The notes under the pieces were generated by a model. That model worked only from the letters and a program-made list of their open reading frames with translations, searched no databases and had not been told where the DNA came from. A stretch of DNA of 64,000 nt, from positions 14,487 through 78,486 of the forward strand of contig NIVC01001896.1 of assembly GCA_002269645.1 (NCBI GenBank). Direction: 5' to 3'. Source of the DNA: Macrostomum lignano. Taxonomy: Eukaryota. Shown here piece after piece: positions 11,694-24,915 of this stretch (position 1 is its first letter; every line of letters begins with the position of its first letter). The position numbers were made by a program, and so were the translations under genes.

Positions 11694-14600
11694 TCTGTTG
11701 CTTCTGCTGCTGCTGTGGCGGCTTGGGAGACGATTTCGAATGCGTCGATGGCGGCGGATGAGGCGACAGACTCTGCGATGCGTCAGCTTCCGACAAGGAA
11801 ATGTCCGGCATGTCGCCCAGAATGGCGGATGGATTCTGGTGATGATGACTGAGCAGTGAGTGATGATGTTGCTGCTGCTGCTGCTGCTGCTGCTGGATGA
11901 GCTGCAAATTTGGTATCGATAGAGTTTAGGTTGCCATGCCAAACTAGATTCGTATAAGCTTTATAACAGTAGCTATTTCTTAGAAAATTTTAATCCTCAC
12001 CTGCACAGTGGGCTGTTGGTTGTAGAGGCCCAGACTTCCAGGAGGCAGCGACAGACCGTGAGCTGCCGCTGCGGCTAGCAGAAACTCTTGCTGCTGCTGT
12101 TGCTGCTGCTGCTGCCCGGCAGTGACTGCAGGCAGACTAAAATTTGTTTAAATTTGTTTCAAAATATTTTGTTGACTTCGTTGACTTTGTCCAAACTAGT
12201 TTCCTTTCCAAGCTTAAATAATTTATTTGAAATGAAATCTGTTTTTTAAATCACCGCCTTTCCGCAACTTACTAAAGTGCAAATATCCCAATTCCAAATC
12301 TTCACTTTTCAAATATCCCTTTCCAAATCTCCTTATTCCAAATCTCCTTATTCCAAATCTCCTTATTCCAAATCTCCTTTTTCCAAATCTCCCATTCCAA
12401 ATCTCCCATTCCAAATCTTCCCATTCCAAATCTCCCCTTTCCAAATCTCCCCTTTCCAAATCTCCCCTTTCCAAATCTCCCCTTTCAAAATCTTCCCTTT
12501 CCAAATCTCCCCTTTCCAAATCTTCCCTTTCCAAATCTCCCCTTTCCAAATCTCCCCTTTCCAAATCTACCCAATACCGAATCTTCCCATTCCAAATCTC
12601 CTATTCCAAATCTCCCTTTTCCAAAACTCCCCAAATCTCTCCATTCCAAATCTCCCCTTTCCAAATCTCCTTAAATCTCCCCTTTTTAAATATCGTTAAT
12701 AATTTTTCAAATTCTTAAACATCCGAAGAATCCCAAACTATATAACTTTATTATCACACCTTTAAAAATATGTAAAAATTCCGCAAAAGGGTCTACAGGC
12801 AAAGAAAGAGACAAGAACGGCCACTTTGTAATCGCTAAGCTGATGACTCACCTCAGCTGACTAAAGGCTGCCTGCTGCTGTTGCTGCTGCTGCTGCTGCA
12901 GAGGTGGCGCAGGCAGCGTCAGCCCAGCTGCAGCCAGCAGGCTTGCCACCTGTTGCTCCTGCTGGCTGGCCAACGAAATCTTGCCGCCCGTAGTCAAGGC
13001 GACCGACTCGTCGCCCCCCTGACAGCAGCGGGTGGTGGCCGTCCGAAGACCCAGCCGGGGCTTCTTGGACAAATCCTGTTGGCAATTGGAGATGAGAGTT
13101 GGGCAGAATTTCCCGTTATCAGCTTAGTCACAAAGGGGTCGAGCCAACCCCCCCCCATCCCCCAAGTAGTGATTGCGCAACTTTCCAAACCGAAAGGAAG
13201 AATCGAAAGAGGAAAGAAGGGAAACTCGAGAAGACGCGTCGCGTCAGGGAGCTCTGCATTCGCTACAGCACAATGGTGTGCTACGTAGGAACTTCGTGGC
13301 GAATTTTAAAGAAATTTTTGGTTGGTTGTATGTACCTGTTGTGGATGCCAAGAGGCTAGAGCCGTTCTGCGAATATATTGTTTATTAAACGTCATCATAT
13401 CTAACTCAGGATTTTATTTTCACCGATTTTAGTCGCATGAATTCCTGGAGTTCCTGGTCCCGCTGTTAGTTAATAAACCCCACTGATTCAGCCACTGATG
13501 ATGCTAACAGCCTAGCTAAGCAGCTGGGTTACTAAAAGCCCGTTGGTTACCAAGCCAGCGCGCATGTTCCCTTGAATCCCGCGGGCCAGTCTGCCCTGTC
13601 ATACACACTGGCTGACCAGAATTCTCCCCCAGGACAGGACAGGCTCAAAAAGGTAAACAGATGATGTAATAGACAGCATGATTGCCTTCATGCTGGGGGG
13701 AGAGAAGGGAAAAGATGAAAATTGGAAAATTGGACGGGCAGAAAAAGACAAAGAAAGAAAACATTGCGAATTTCAAAGACTGGAAATTTGTCCCATCCTC
13801 CCAGTCGGTTGCTATGCCGAGGCGGGGGACCCTAATAGCCTAAAATGGCCCTTTATAGCTAATCCACTTTCCAGGAAACAATTATAAGTCTGTCTGTTAA
13901 TCCAGTTTCTAGGAAACAATTATAAGTCTGTCTGTTCATCCAGTTTCCAAGAAACAATTATAAGTCTGTCTGTCTTCCTGACTAATCGGTCGGGACTCGA
14001 GCATGGGACCTAACCGGCTCAGGACTTGAAAGCAGCATCAAGATTTATCGGGAAGAAAAATTCTAACAAAAAATTTCCAAATGCAAAAATTATGAATTTG
14101 TCTGCCTTAGAATTCGTCTTTTCTCTAGGAAAGAAGAATTCAAAGATAAATAATTGCTACAAGCATCAGGTGTAGCGAGAGATTGTTTTTTTCTTTCTAT
14201 AAGCCTCTGGTGCCCCAGGTGGATTTTTTGGTATTCAAAACAACACAAAAGGCTAGCAAAACAAGAATCGTTTTGTTTAAAAAAGGCCGCCTTTGACGAA
14301 TTGGAACAGGGTGAGACGCGTGATCAATTTGTCTCCGTGTTGAGGCAATCGGTTATTTTGCATCGCGAAATCAGAAATTGGAAAAATTAGGATAATTGGG
14401 AAAGCATAGTTTGGAAATCTAGCGTTATTTCAGGGGATTTTCAACTCTTGGGAAATTTTGAACTCTAGAGGGAATTTTAAACTATGGGGAATTTAAAACG
14501 GGGGAATTTTTAAACTGTGGTGAGTTTTGAACCATGGGGAAATTTAAATTTTTTAAAATAAAGCCTGGGGGATTTTAAGCTGAATTTCGAAGAAAAGTAC

Positions 14601-17600
14601 TTTCTCGCCATACCTGCAGTTCGCTTAACGGACTGTCTGGCGGCATCTCTTTGATCTTGATTGGTTTCGGCCGCGACAGATTCAGCGGCGTCGCAGGGTC
14701 CCGGTTGTCGTCGTCAAGTTTTATACTGTCGGTTGCTAGGCAACTGTTGCTAAGATCACAAATTTGCTGCTGAGGACTCTGCAAGAGGTGGGTTAAGTTG
14801 AGTAGAATTATTAATAACTATATTTTTATGTACACTCTCTGTGACTTGGTGGGCTGGCATGAACCGCACGACAACCATTCAGCCAATTTTCGTGCACAAC
14901 AAGCCCCAAAGGGGTCGCGCGTTTACCGCTGCCTCATCCGCGGTTCCCACGCAAATCAGAGCCGCTCTTCCAATAGACTCTGCCCAATAGCGAAATGCTT
15001 TCAAAGTCCCGTTGCCGATACTCCTGGTATGTTGGGCCTCTCTAATGTGTGTCCCCCCCCCCAGTTCGCCTGGCGGCACCCGAGAGTCAACCATCTGCTC
15101 CGAGTCCCTGAGGCTTTTAGTAGGAGAAAGAAGAAAAACTCCCAGATGAAGCGAAGATTCTTTCCGTCCGTGCCTCTATTTCTAAAAACTCCAAGCCACC
15201 CTCTTTCTTCTTCTTATTTCACAATTGAGGAAAGAGCAGCACGGGAGTTGGGTTCGGTCCGAAGTAAAGCTACTTCTCGATAATCGACACAGCTGCTCTA
15301 TAATCCGAGGCTCTAAGCGTCATCAGCGAAGCTGGAGGGGAGGGAGGGGGCGGCGAGCCGAAACGAAGAAGAACAAAGGGGCTGAGCTGAGAGAACGGGG
15401 CTGGGCTTTTAAATCTCGGCCGGGGGAAAATGAATTGGATGGAGAATTACGACGGCGGCTGCTGCTCGAGCGATGACGTCATAACATACGGCTCGATGGG
15501 GCAATCCAGCTATGGAGGGCCAGACAGGGCCTGGGGACATCTGCGCTAGCAGGCAGGGCCGACACGCACATGTATTGAGAGAGAGAGAGTTCGGTATTGT
15601 AAAAATCGAATGAAAAACTTCGAGGCCACAATGGACGGGACTGTGGGAATAAAGCGAAACGTTGATGGGAAAAGAGGGGAGGCGCGCGCGCGCACATGCA
15701 GATTCCGGAAAGGCTGGAGTATAATTAGGCTGGGAATTAGGCTGCAGCCTCTCTGCACGAATGGGCTTCTGCTTTGATTCTCCAAAGGTTCCGCCGTGTT
15801 GCGAGTTCGGTTTTATCAATTTCTATGCGAGATATCGCTGACATTCGCGAGTTCAATTCTTTGTAATATTCCCTTAACTATGAAACAATTTTTTGTCTTA
15901 TAGAAGAAACTCCTAATTCCGACTAATTAACTATTAATTACGAGCTAGAAGCATCGCTGTTGATTTTACCAACTGAGTCTGGCTGAGACAGAATGGATAC
16001 CCAAGTTTGGTAAATTGTTTTTTCTGCAATACAGACCCAACATGGGCTCCGTGAGTTTTTTATCCGGATTTCATGGTATAGCTAAACAAAAAATCCACTC
16101 ACCAACCGAGTAAAGAAAGACAAGGAAACGAGGACTCGAGGATAATGAGAATGATAAAAAAGTGAGCAAGCAGACGGCGCACATCGACTCAAAGCGCGAA
16201 TTTTGTGAGGCTGTGAATTTATCTAGAAAACAGCCGGGCCCAAGTGGGTGAAGCTCGCAGGTGGCTGAGGAGACACGCTGGTTGCCCCCTGTGCTTCTGG
16301 TTCAGCCTAATTCTTTGCCTAGGAAATTTCCACGAGAAAACACTTTGGCTCAGACTGCAGGTTGTCGGTTTGAGTTGTCAGCTACTTCTTAAGTTTATGC
16401 TAAGACTTTAACCGAATCATGAATTGTGCTCAAGTAGAAAGACGCTTGTACATTTAATTTTCTTAGAAAGGTCTTCTTTTGGAGGCCGTTTTGTTTAGAG
16501 TTCTTGTACTAATTTTGTTAAGATAAATATACGTTCCTGACCGGCCTACAAAAGAAGGCCTTTCCAAGAAAATCAAGTGAAATTGTCTAACAATCGAAAA
16601 ATACCAAAAAATAATAACGTAAACTAGGGGTCTATTTATTGTAAGGCCCATAGTTTGAAGTTTTCCACGGTTTGGATTGTGTAGGCGAAGCATGAGGGGA
16701 ACAAAGATCCAGACAGTTGGCAGTATAAATGGTGAATTGGAAGATCGAGGATTAATCAATCTCCATCCCTGGGGGATGTAAATAAAAGCATTAGAAACAA
16801 GGAGACAAAGGGAAGGGGCCGGGGCTGTAACAGGCCCTGGGGCGAATTCGATTCTGCTGATGGACCAGGCGGGCAGCCATAAGACTATTAATATAGATGG
16901 ACAAGCTGGGCCGGCCCTGGGTCACAGCGCAAGGACGCCTAAAGCTAACGAACTTTGGACTGGAAATGAAATTTGCCTTCACAGATGAGTTTTATTTAAA
17001 ATTGCCTTCAATTTTACTGTATGGTGTGTTTTAGTCAGGACATCATATATTTTGTTCAAATGTAGAAAAAGTTTGAAGGAGGCCTTCATACAAAGGACAG
17101 TGCCCCCTCCAAGGACAGTGCCCCCTCTAAGGACAGTGCCCCTTCCAAGGATACTGTCCACTCCATTGACAGTGCCCCCTCCAAGGATATTGTCCACTCC
17201 AAGGACAGTGCCCCATCCAAGGATAGTGCCCCCTCCAAGGATATTGTCCACTCCAAGGATAGTGCCCCCTCCAAGGATATTGTCCACTCCAAGGATATTG
17301 TCCACTCCAAGGACAGTGCCCCATCCAAGGATATTGTCCACTCCAAGGACAGTGCCCCCTCCAAGGACAGTGCCCCCTCCAAGGACAGTGCCCCCTCCAA
17401 GGATATTGTCCACTCCAAGGACAGTGCCCCATCCAAGGACAGTGCCCCCTCCAAGGATATTTTCCACTCCAAGGACAGTGCCCCATCCAAGGACAGTAGC
17501 CCCTCCAAGGATATTGTCCACTCCAAGGACAGTGCCCCATCCAAGGACAGTAGCCCCTCCAAGGACAGTGCCCCCTTCGAGGAAAGAGCCCCCTCCGAGG

Positions 17601-20600
17601 ACAGTGTAAACTCCAAGGACATCCAAAGAAGGCATGGACTCCAGAAACTTGCATTTAGATTGGAAATTTTCAATTTTTTCTACCGCTAAATATCCTTCCC
17701 CAGTCCAAGTGATTGCTTCAAGGCGTCCCTGGTGCGAGGCTCGCGTGGGAGGTTTCCAGCCACATGTGTGGGGAATCAAACCTCTGCCTCCTGGCTCTCT
17801 AGGGCTACACTTTTATGTATTTTGCTCTCTCCCTACAGCTCGAGCAGCCCAGCGCAGAGTGATTGACTGCATAAACAGAACGCCTTGAGCGGGGGCAGCC
17901 AGTCTACAAGGCAGAGATCAGACCCCATGCAGCCCTCTCTAACCCTCCAGTTAGCTGATCCCTATTTGCTCGGCCCCTGGGGATCTGCAGGCAACAGTTT
18001 GGGAATTAATTATGCATCAGGTAGACACTGGGCGAGCTACACACGGAAACTGGAGAATAAAAATTGAAATTGGAAGAGAAGAATGACTCGCTCGGAGCAG
18101 TCTGCTGCATGGGCTGTCGTTAACCGCAAGCAACAGACGGATGCGCATCAGGCTTTGTCTTGGCAGGCATCGCAATTGACAGATTCGAATCCCCAAAGGG
18201 TTTTGAAGCGATCTTCCCAGCAATGGACTGTCTGCCCAGGGTCCTATTCAGTCTCCCCGTATAGACAAAGGCGACCACCGCCACAGCTGGAGGGGAAAAG
18301 TCAAGACGGATATTCAAACTAAAAGCAAGATCATTTTTAAGAGAGAGCTTTGTTCCGGCTCCTCCACCGCCGCCCGATCGCAATCGCTTCTGTTGTTCGA
18401 CTTTGGCGAGAACGACAAGAGCCTCGCCCAAGCCACATCGCATCTCAGGAACAAGAATTGAAATTCGATCTCCCGTTTGGGAGCGAAGGCAAAGCGAAAT
18501 TGAGATTGCACAACCCAATTCCCTCTCCCTCCTCCGCGATGCAGTTCGGCCTTCAATTCCATCCTCGAGAGCCGGGGCTCTTTGTGTCCGGAACCGGCCG
18601 CTAAACTCGTCGAGAGGGAAAGGGGAACCGCGCGCCCAACTACGGGTTCTTGGAGAAGTTTGCAGAGCCGACTGGCGCGAGCTAAAATTATAGTCCGGGG
18701 CCTCCTGCAGTTTCGGAATTTCGGCTGAAGCTTTCCTGCCACCACAGATCAGGAAGGAAATGAAACGGGATTAAATTACCACGCAGTTCGGGGTAATAAT
18801 ACTAATAATAATATTATTATTATGAATTCTAAAGTCTATAATTACGGCCACGCGAAGTTGCATTGTGGTAAACAAGGAACAAAGAGTTATAAAGACAAAG
18901 ACACGCTGCCAGCAAAAGAAGAATAATGGCCGGTGTTTTCTTATAGCAGAAGAAGAAAGAGAGCAGGAGAAAGTGTCAGAGACTGGAGAATCGTAAACAA
19001 GATCTGAGCAGTTTGGGATGCAGAAATGGCAATATGAAATATTATATTACGCGAAATGGCCTGGGCCATATGCCGTCTTATTATATAATGGGGTGAGACT
19101 TGAGGCTTATCCAGAGTTTGAGCTCGAAAATTGAGCAACCAACCCCACCAAAGAGGCATCCACGAGCCTGCCTTTAGTATAAGCAGCATCACACATACAG
19201 GGACTCAAAGATTCCCGAGAGATGGGAACTAAAACCCCTCACCCCACCCTAAACTCCCCGAGCAGTCAATTGAAAAGCACTCAGTTATAGGGAGGGTCCA
19301 TTATTACCACGCTCGTACTCCAAAAACGATTTTATATTTATTATATATAGTATTTGTGAGCCTGAACGCCGTAAAAATGAGTTACGAATCTCGGAGCTTG
19401 ATTTTTGTTAGAGCATATGGTCGGTCACAGATCTATTGCTCATTCTTATCTTTAGCTGAATACGCTCGTATATATCGTCTGAAAAGGTTGAGTCACAGAG
19501 TATCTCAATGTATAGACGATAAGTTTGTCATTGTCTGTGTCTGTCTATCGCTAAGTCCTCATTGTCTGTCTATGGCTCAGTGTCTCACTGTCTATGGCTC
19601 AGTGTGTCTCACTGTCTATGGCTCAGTGTCTCACTGTCTATGGCTCAGTGTGTCTCACTGTCTATGGCTCAGTGTGTCTCACTGTCTATGGCTCAGTGTG
19701 TCTCACTGTCTATGACTCAGTGTGTCTCACTGTCTATGGCTCAGTGTGTCTCACTGTCTATGGCTCAGTGTGTCTCACTGTCTATGGCTCAGTGTGTCTC
19801 ACTGTCTATGGCTCAGTGTGTCTCACTGTCTATGACTCAGTGTGTCTCACTGTCTATGGCTCAGTGTGTCTCACTGTCTATGGCTCAGTGTGTCTCACTG
19901 TCTATGACTCAGTGTGTCTCACTGTCTATGGCTCAGTGTGTCTCACTGTCTATGCCTCAGTGTGTCTCACTGTCTATGGCTCAGTGTGTCTCACTGTCTA
20001 TGCCTCAGTGTGTCTCACTGTCTATGGCTCAGTGTGTCTCACTGTCTATGGCTCAGTGTCTCACTGTCTATGGCTCAGTGTGTCTCACTGTCTATGACTC
20101 AGTGTGTCTCACTGTCTATGGCTCAGTGTGTCTCACTGTCTATGGCTCAGTGTGTCTCACTGTCTATGACTCAGTGTGTCTCACTGTCTATGGCTCAGTG
20201 TGTCTCACTGTCTATGCCTCAGTGTGTCTCACTGTCTATGGCTCAGTGTGTCTCACTGTCTATGGCTCAGTGTCTCACTGTCTATGGCTCAGTGTGTCTC
20301 ACTGTCTATGGCTCAGTGTGTCTCACTGTCTATGGCTCAGTGTCTCACTGTCTATGGCTCAGTGGTGTCTCACTGTCTATGCCTCAGTGTGTCTCACTGT
20401 CTATTGCTCAGTGTGTCTCACTGTCTATGGCTCAGTGTGTCTCACTGTCTATGGCTCAGTGTCTGACTGTCTGTCTTTAGCTTAAGCGTCTCATTGTCTT
20501 CAAATACAATATAAGCGCAAAAAACTTTCCAATGCAATTTGCTGCACCAACCTGCACGGAAACTTCTATATTAGTCACTCGATATGTCAGAGTCAAGTTA

Positions 20601-21970
20601 TTATAAACGCGCAAGTTTAAAACTTTATGTACAAGACTGACTATATATACTATATGAAACAAGTATGCAAACTGCTTAATATATAATCATACTTAACTTA
20701 AAAGCTTTCTGAAGCAAACAGTAGCTGCGGATAGATTCAAATTTGATACAGCAGTGTATCCGGACCGCGCCTTCCTTCTGCCTTTACATGGCCATTGCAC
20801 AATTCGAACAGAGCCTCTTGTGCGGTTAACAAAAACAAGCCTAGACCCACCTACAGACCTGCCTTCACCCTAGCCAGTATAACTAAATTCGAAAGTTCCT
20901 CGATTGCCCTGCCGCACAAGCTATTGCAGGCTATCGTTTATGCAAAATCTTGTCAGCACAGCCCCCCTCACCTGTTGTTTCCTAACTCGATCACATTCGC
21001 TAAGCTTGCACAACACACTACACTGCACAGCGTAGGTACAGCACAGGTAAGACAGGTAACCTGAGAATTCAAATTCAAATTCTGGAAATCGGATGCTAAG
21101 ATCTTGCAGTTCCTTGGGATCAACTTTTGTACTGTTTGATCCTTCCTTACAAAGAATTTTAAGAGTCCTTACATCGGCGAGACTTGAACACTTTGGCTGA
21201 GACAAATCAAATCATAATTATCGAGCCAGGCCAAACTAAACCAAGAGAGTTCATTTAGAAAGTTTCAGGGACCAGCGAGCGCTTATCTAATTGTTAATTG
21301 ATATTTATAGCATCCACCGGGGGTTTCACACCTGTGCTTAACCTATCCTCCCTCCCCACGGCCTAACCTCCGCCTCACCTGAGCAATTTGGCAATTTCAG
21401 CTTCTAATTACTCTTAGCATCGTAAATTAGCCTTCCTTGCACATTCGCACGGAGTCATAAAGTCCCACTAATATCTGGATAGATAAGCTCAAGGCAGTAA
21501 AAATGATCAAGCGATGCTGATAATGTTACAAAAATAGATTAGCTCACCGCCGCTCGGCAGGTCACGTGACTTCGCAAGTTGCCCAACTGAACCAGCAGCT
21601 CGTCCAGGTAAGCCAGCTGATCGGTGGGCGCCAATTCAGCGAAGCAGGAGTCGCGCAGCCACTGCACCACCTGGCTCGGCGTGGCTGAACTTGGCAGCAG
21701 CTCACCTGAGCAGCTCGAACCGTGAGCTGTAGGCGGAGACATCGACACTCGCAGCTCGGTGACGGCAGTTTCGGCGTCAGAGGAACTATCCGAAGATGAG
21801 GGCACCTGAGGCGGCTGATGCGGAGGCAGCAGAGCCACCTGCTGGTAGGTAGCAGAATGAGCTGCTACAGGAGTTTTTGCTGTCCCGTTCGGCTTGGCAA
21901 CGGTTCGGTAGAACTTGCTGGGAGCGGACGCTTTCCGTTTAGAAGTCATCACAGGGCAGCAGGCCTGCAT
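10482..21970 (-). CDS. SoxD: SoxD-group HMG-box transcription factor (Sox5/6/13-like), about 650 aa. Exons 21970-21548, 14778-14614, 13075-12852, 12136-12001, 11901-11106, 10690-10482
   Basis: HMG box [43 protein letters not shown]...[23 protein letters not shown] is SoxD-specific. Also PLNLS motif (exon 2), MTSKRKAS N-terminus and a zipper-like [12 protein letters not shown] (exon 1). Five GT-AG introns with phases 0,0,2,0,1 join into 1953 nt, divisible by 3. The exon 1 link is less certain than exons 2-6. Confidence 0.88.
10880..11090. repeat. Degenerate CTATCACTCT/GTCACTCT repeat in the last SoxD intron
   Basis: Recurring 8-10 bp motifs. Confidence 0.75.
12285..12680. repeat. 15-bp minisatellite (TTCCAAATCTCCCCT)n
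   Basis: Direct tandem copies in a SoxD intron. Confidence 0.93.
13860..13975. repeat. 38-bp unit x3 (CCAGTTTCTAGGAAACAATTATAAGTCTGTCTGTTAAT)
   Basis: Three near-identical copies. Confidence 0.85.
17092..17605. repeat. 18-bp minisatellite with two alternating variants (CCAAGGACAGTGCCCCCT / CCAAGGATATTGTCCACT)
   Basis: Direct tandem copies. Confidence 0.95.
19565..20470. repeat. 24-bp minisatellite (TGTCTATGGCTCAGTGTGTCTCAC)n with 22-bp variants
   Basis: Direct tandem copies. Confidence 0.96.
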
Positions 21971-22156
21971 GGCAGATTGTGGGCCAGGTAATCAGTTTAC
22001 TGTTCGAATCTGCAGCGCTGGAAATTGTCTTATCAAGCTAAGAAAGCCTTCTATTCTCGGATACTTGTAAGACTAAAAAGAGCCTGACAAAGAGGGGCCA
22101 GGGCTGGTGGGGGTGGGGGTGTCACGCGGATGGACGGAGCCAGACGACCGAACTCT

Positions 22157-22208
22157 TTTTATAGTAGAAGCAGATGATTCGAAACAGTTCGAGAATTTTG
22201 CAGCCAAT
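22157..22208 (-). promoter_or_regulatory. Candidate SoxD core promoter: TATAAAA (22163-22157, minus strand) and CCAAT box (22204-22208)
   Basis: TATA about 190 bp upstream of the SoxD ATG and CCAAT about 45 bp further upstream; canonical spacing. Confidence 0.5.
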
Positions 22209-22454
22209 GAGAGGCCGGCGTCGAAAAAATGGTGCGAGGAGAGACGGGGGGAGGAGGGGGGAGAGAGGAGATGAGGAAAACTGCAACCCCACCCACCCGA
22301 ACCACCCGGCAGGCGCTTGTGAATAAGGAACTAAATGTAATTAGCAAGATTTTCGCTTTGTGCGCTTTTTATTACTCCATTTCAATTTGTTTTCTTTTCT
22401 GACAAATTCAAAATAAGGCATTAATATATAACTCTGCTGTGCAGTGCAGACAAA

Positions 22455-23040
22455 ATGCCTAAAATTTAGCATTGAGGAGCGAAAATGACCTAAGGCGCCA
22501 AAATGAGCACCTGAGGCGCCAAAATGAGGATCTAAGGCGCCAAAATGAGCACCTAAGGCGCCAAAATGAGCACCTAAGGCGCCAAAATTAGTATATAAGG
22601 CGCCAAGATGCGGATCTAAGGCGCCAAAATGAGCACCTGAGGCGCCAAAATGAGCACCTGAGGCGCCAAAATGAGCACCTGAGGCGCCAAAATGAGCACC
22701 TGAGGCGCCAAAATGAGCATCTAAGGCGCCAAAATGAGCATCGAAGCGCCGAAATGAGAATGAGCACCTGAGGCGCCAAAATGAGGATCTAAGGCGTCAA
22801 AATGAGCACCTAAGGCGCCAAAATGAGCACCTGAGGTGCCAAAATGAGCACCTCAGGCGCCAAAATGAGCACCTAAGGCGCCAAAATGAGCATCTAAGGC
22901 GCCAAAATGAGCACCTGAGGTGCCCAAATGAGCACCTAAGGCGCCAAACTGAGCACCGAAGGCGCCAAAATGAGCACCTGAAGCGCTAAAGTTAGATTTT
23001 ACGAAGTGCCAAGGCGCCAAAATTGAGGCACAAAAACAGC
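22455..23040. repeat. 21-bp minisatellite (AGGCGCCAAAATGAGCACCTA/G)n upstream of SoxD
   Basis: Direct tandem copies. Confidence 0.95.
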
Positions 23041-23649
23041 GCGTGGCGCCACAATGAGCATCGTGGCTCGCAATCTAAAAAAGTCTTACGACAAAGACAA
23101 CAACAGGGACAAATCCCACAATTTCAATAACACCCCCGTATCTATCGAGTTCCTCTTCTTGTCAAACACGGCATTTCTTATCAAGTCACGAGGATCTCAT
23201 CGGGCTTATTCTTATCCGCATCTCTCCGGGCTTGAGCACACCCAGTCCTCAGAGAAGCCAAGAGGTCTGTCTGTCTATAACCGTCTGATCCTTCCCATTT
23301 TTCTAGCGCGTGCCTCATCAGCGCCACAAAAAATAAGAATCCAAACTAGCTACGCTAAACGCGAGGCTTTAAACACACACACCACACACACAAGGTACGG
23401 AAAAGGAAGGAAAAAGATAAGGAGTGAGCATATCGCAGGTAGGTAAATAAGTAAAGGCGGGGGGCAGCTGGAGCCCCAGCAGATTGAGTGGCCCAGCTCG
23501 CAAAAACACCAACTGCAGCTCATGAGGCTTCTCTTTGTTGTTACATTTCCTTGACCCAGTATTCGTACTGAACTACTAGCTTTCATTGTGCCGCTTTAGA
23601 TGAAAAATCATTTCTACGGGCGTATAGTTTGGTGCTTTGAACACAGCCT

Positions 23650-23960
23650 GGCATTCAAAACTTGGCGCTTATGAAACCCAACCCAAACAGGTGCCTATTA
23701 AACACAAAATGGCGCTTTTGAAACCCAAAATAGCGCCTTTTAAACACAAAATGACACATGAATACCAAAATGGCGCTTATGAAATCGATTGTGACGCTTA
23801 TGAAACAAACAATGGCGCCTATTAAACCCAAACTGGTGCCTATTAAACCCAAGATGGCGCTTTTGAAACTCATAGTGGCGCTTATGAAACCCATTTTGGC
23901 GCTTATTAAATACATAGTGGCGCTTATGGAACCCATTTTGGCGCTTATAAAACCCGTTGT
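23650..23960. repeat. Degenerate ~21 bp repeat with AAAATGGCGC core
   Basis: Recurring tggcgc(t/c)t(a/t)t..aaac units. Confidence 0.75.
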
Positions 23961-24534
23961 GGCGCATACAGTATGACACCCAAAATAGGTTTCAAAACCC
24001 AAAAAAATATTCTCTCCCAGAGTTGCGTTAACCATGGGTTCAATCAATTAAACAAATATGAACGGTAAAAACACCTTAAACTCAAGTGGAAACGTGACAT
24101 TTATAAGTTACGAACTCCTTTACAGTAATAAGTCGTATGCCCGTCGTTTTTTATTCCAACAGACGCTCGTACAGGGCCTGTCGTTTCGTTTCTGGGGTAT
24201 CTTCATCATCGCTAAATCGGTACCAGAACGCACTGCTGATTTGAAAACGTGTTTCTAACTTTGGCACAGCTGTGATATGCATTGTCCCCCCGTGTATAGC
24301 CTGCCCACCCACAGCTCGGGTGCATGCGACCCCCCCCCCCATAGCTTCAGCTTATCTATAAAAACATCTCTTATCAGTTTTTGCCCATTTCGCTTTGTTA
24401 TAACGAAGTTAGTTCTATTTGATAAAAAGCCTGCTAGGTTAGTTAGTAAGAATTTTTCAAAAAAAGGACTCGAACCTGGAACTTCTTGTATTTAACATTA
24501 GCCAACTGAAACTGAAGTGATGCCGCTAACATTG

Positions 24535-24915
24535 ACTGGGTCTTCAGAGAGGGCACCAATTACCCTCCTAACTGGATTCTTCAGAGGGCACCCATTTACC
24601 CTCCTTACTGATTTTTCAATGAGGGCACCATTTACCCTCCTTAATGATTCTTCAATGAGGGCACCATTTACCCTCCTTACTGATTCTTCAGAGAGGGCAC
24701 CATTTACCCTCCTTACTGATTCTTCAATGAGGGCACCATTTACCCTCCTTACTGATTCTTCAGAGAGGGCACCATTTACCCTCCTTACTGATTCTTCAGA
24801 AAAGGCACCACTTACCCTCCTAACTGGATTCTTCAGAGAGGGCAACATTTACCCTCCTAACTGGATTCTTCAGAGAGGGCAACATTTACCCTCCTTACTG
24901 ATTCTTCAATGAGGG
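24535..24915. repeat. 36-bp minisatellite (GAGGGCACCATTTACCCTCCTTACTGATTCTTCAAT)n
   Basis: About 10 tandem units. Confidence 0.93.

Noticed and set aside
14879-15094. ORF as an extra SoxD coding exon
   Set aside because: No SoxD similarity or convincing donor; exon 1 already joins exon 2 in phase.
18120-18745. Overlapping ORFs in SoxD intron 1
   Set aside because: No recognisable motifs and no matched splice pair; could be regulatory DNA.
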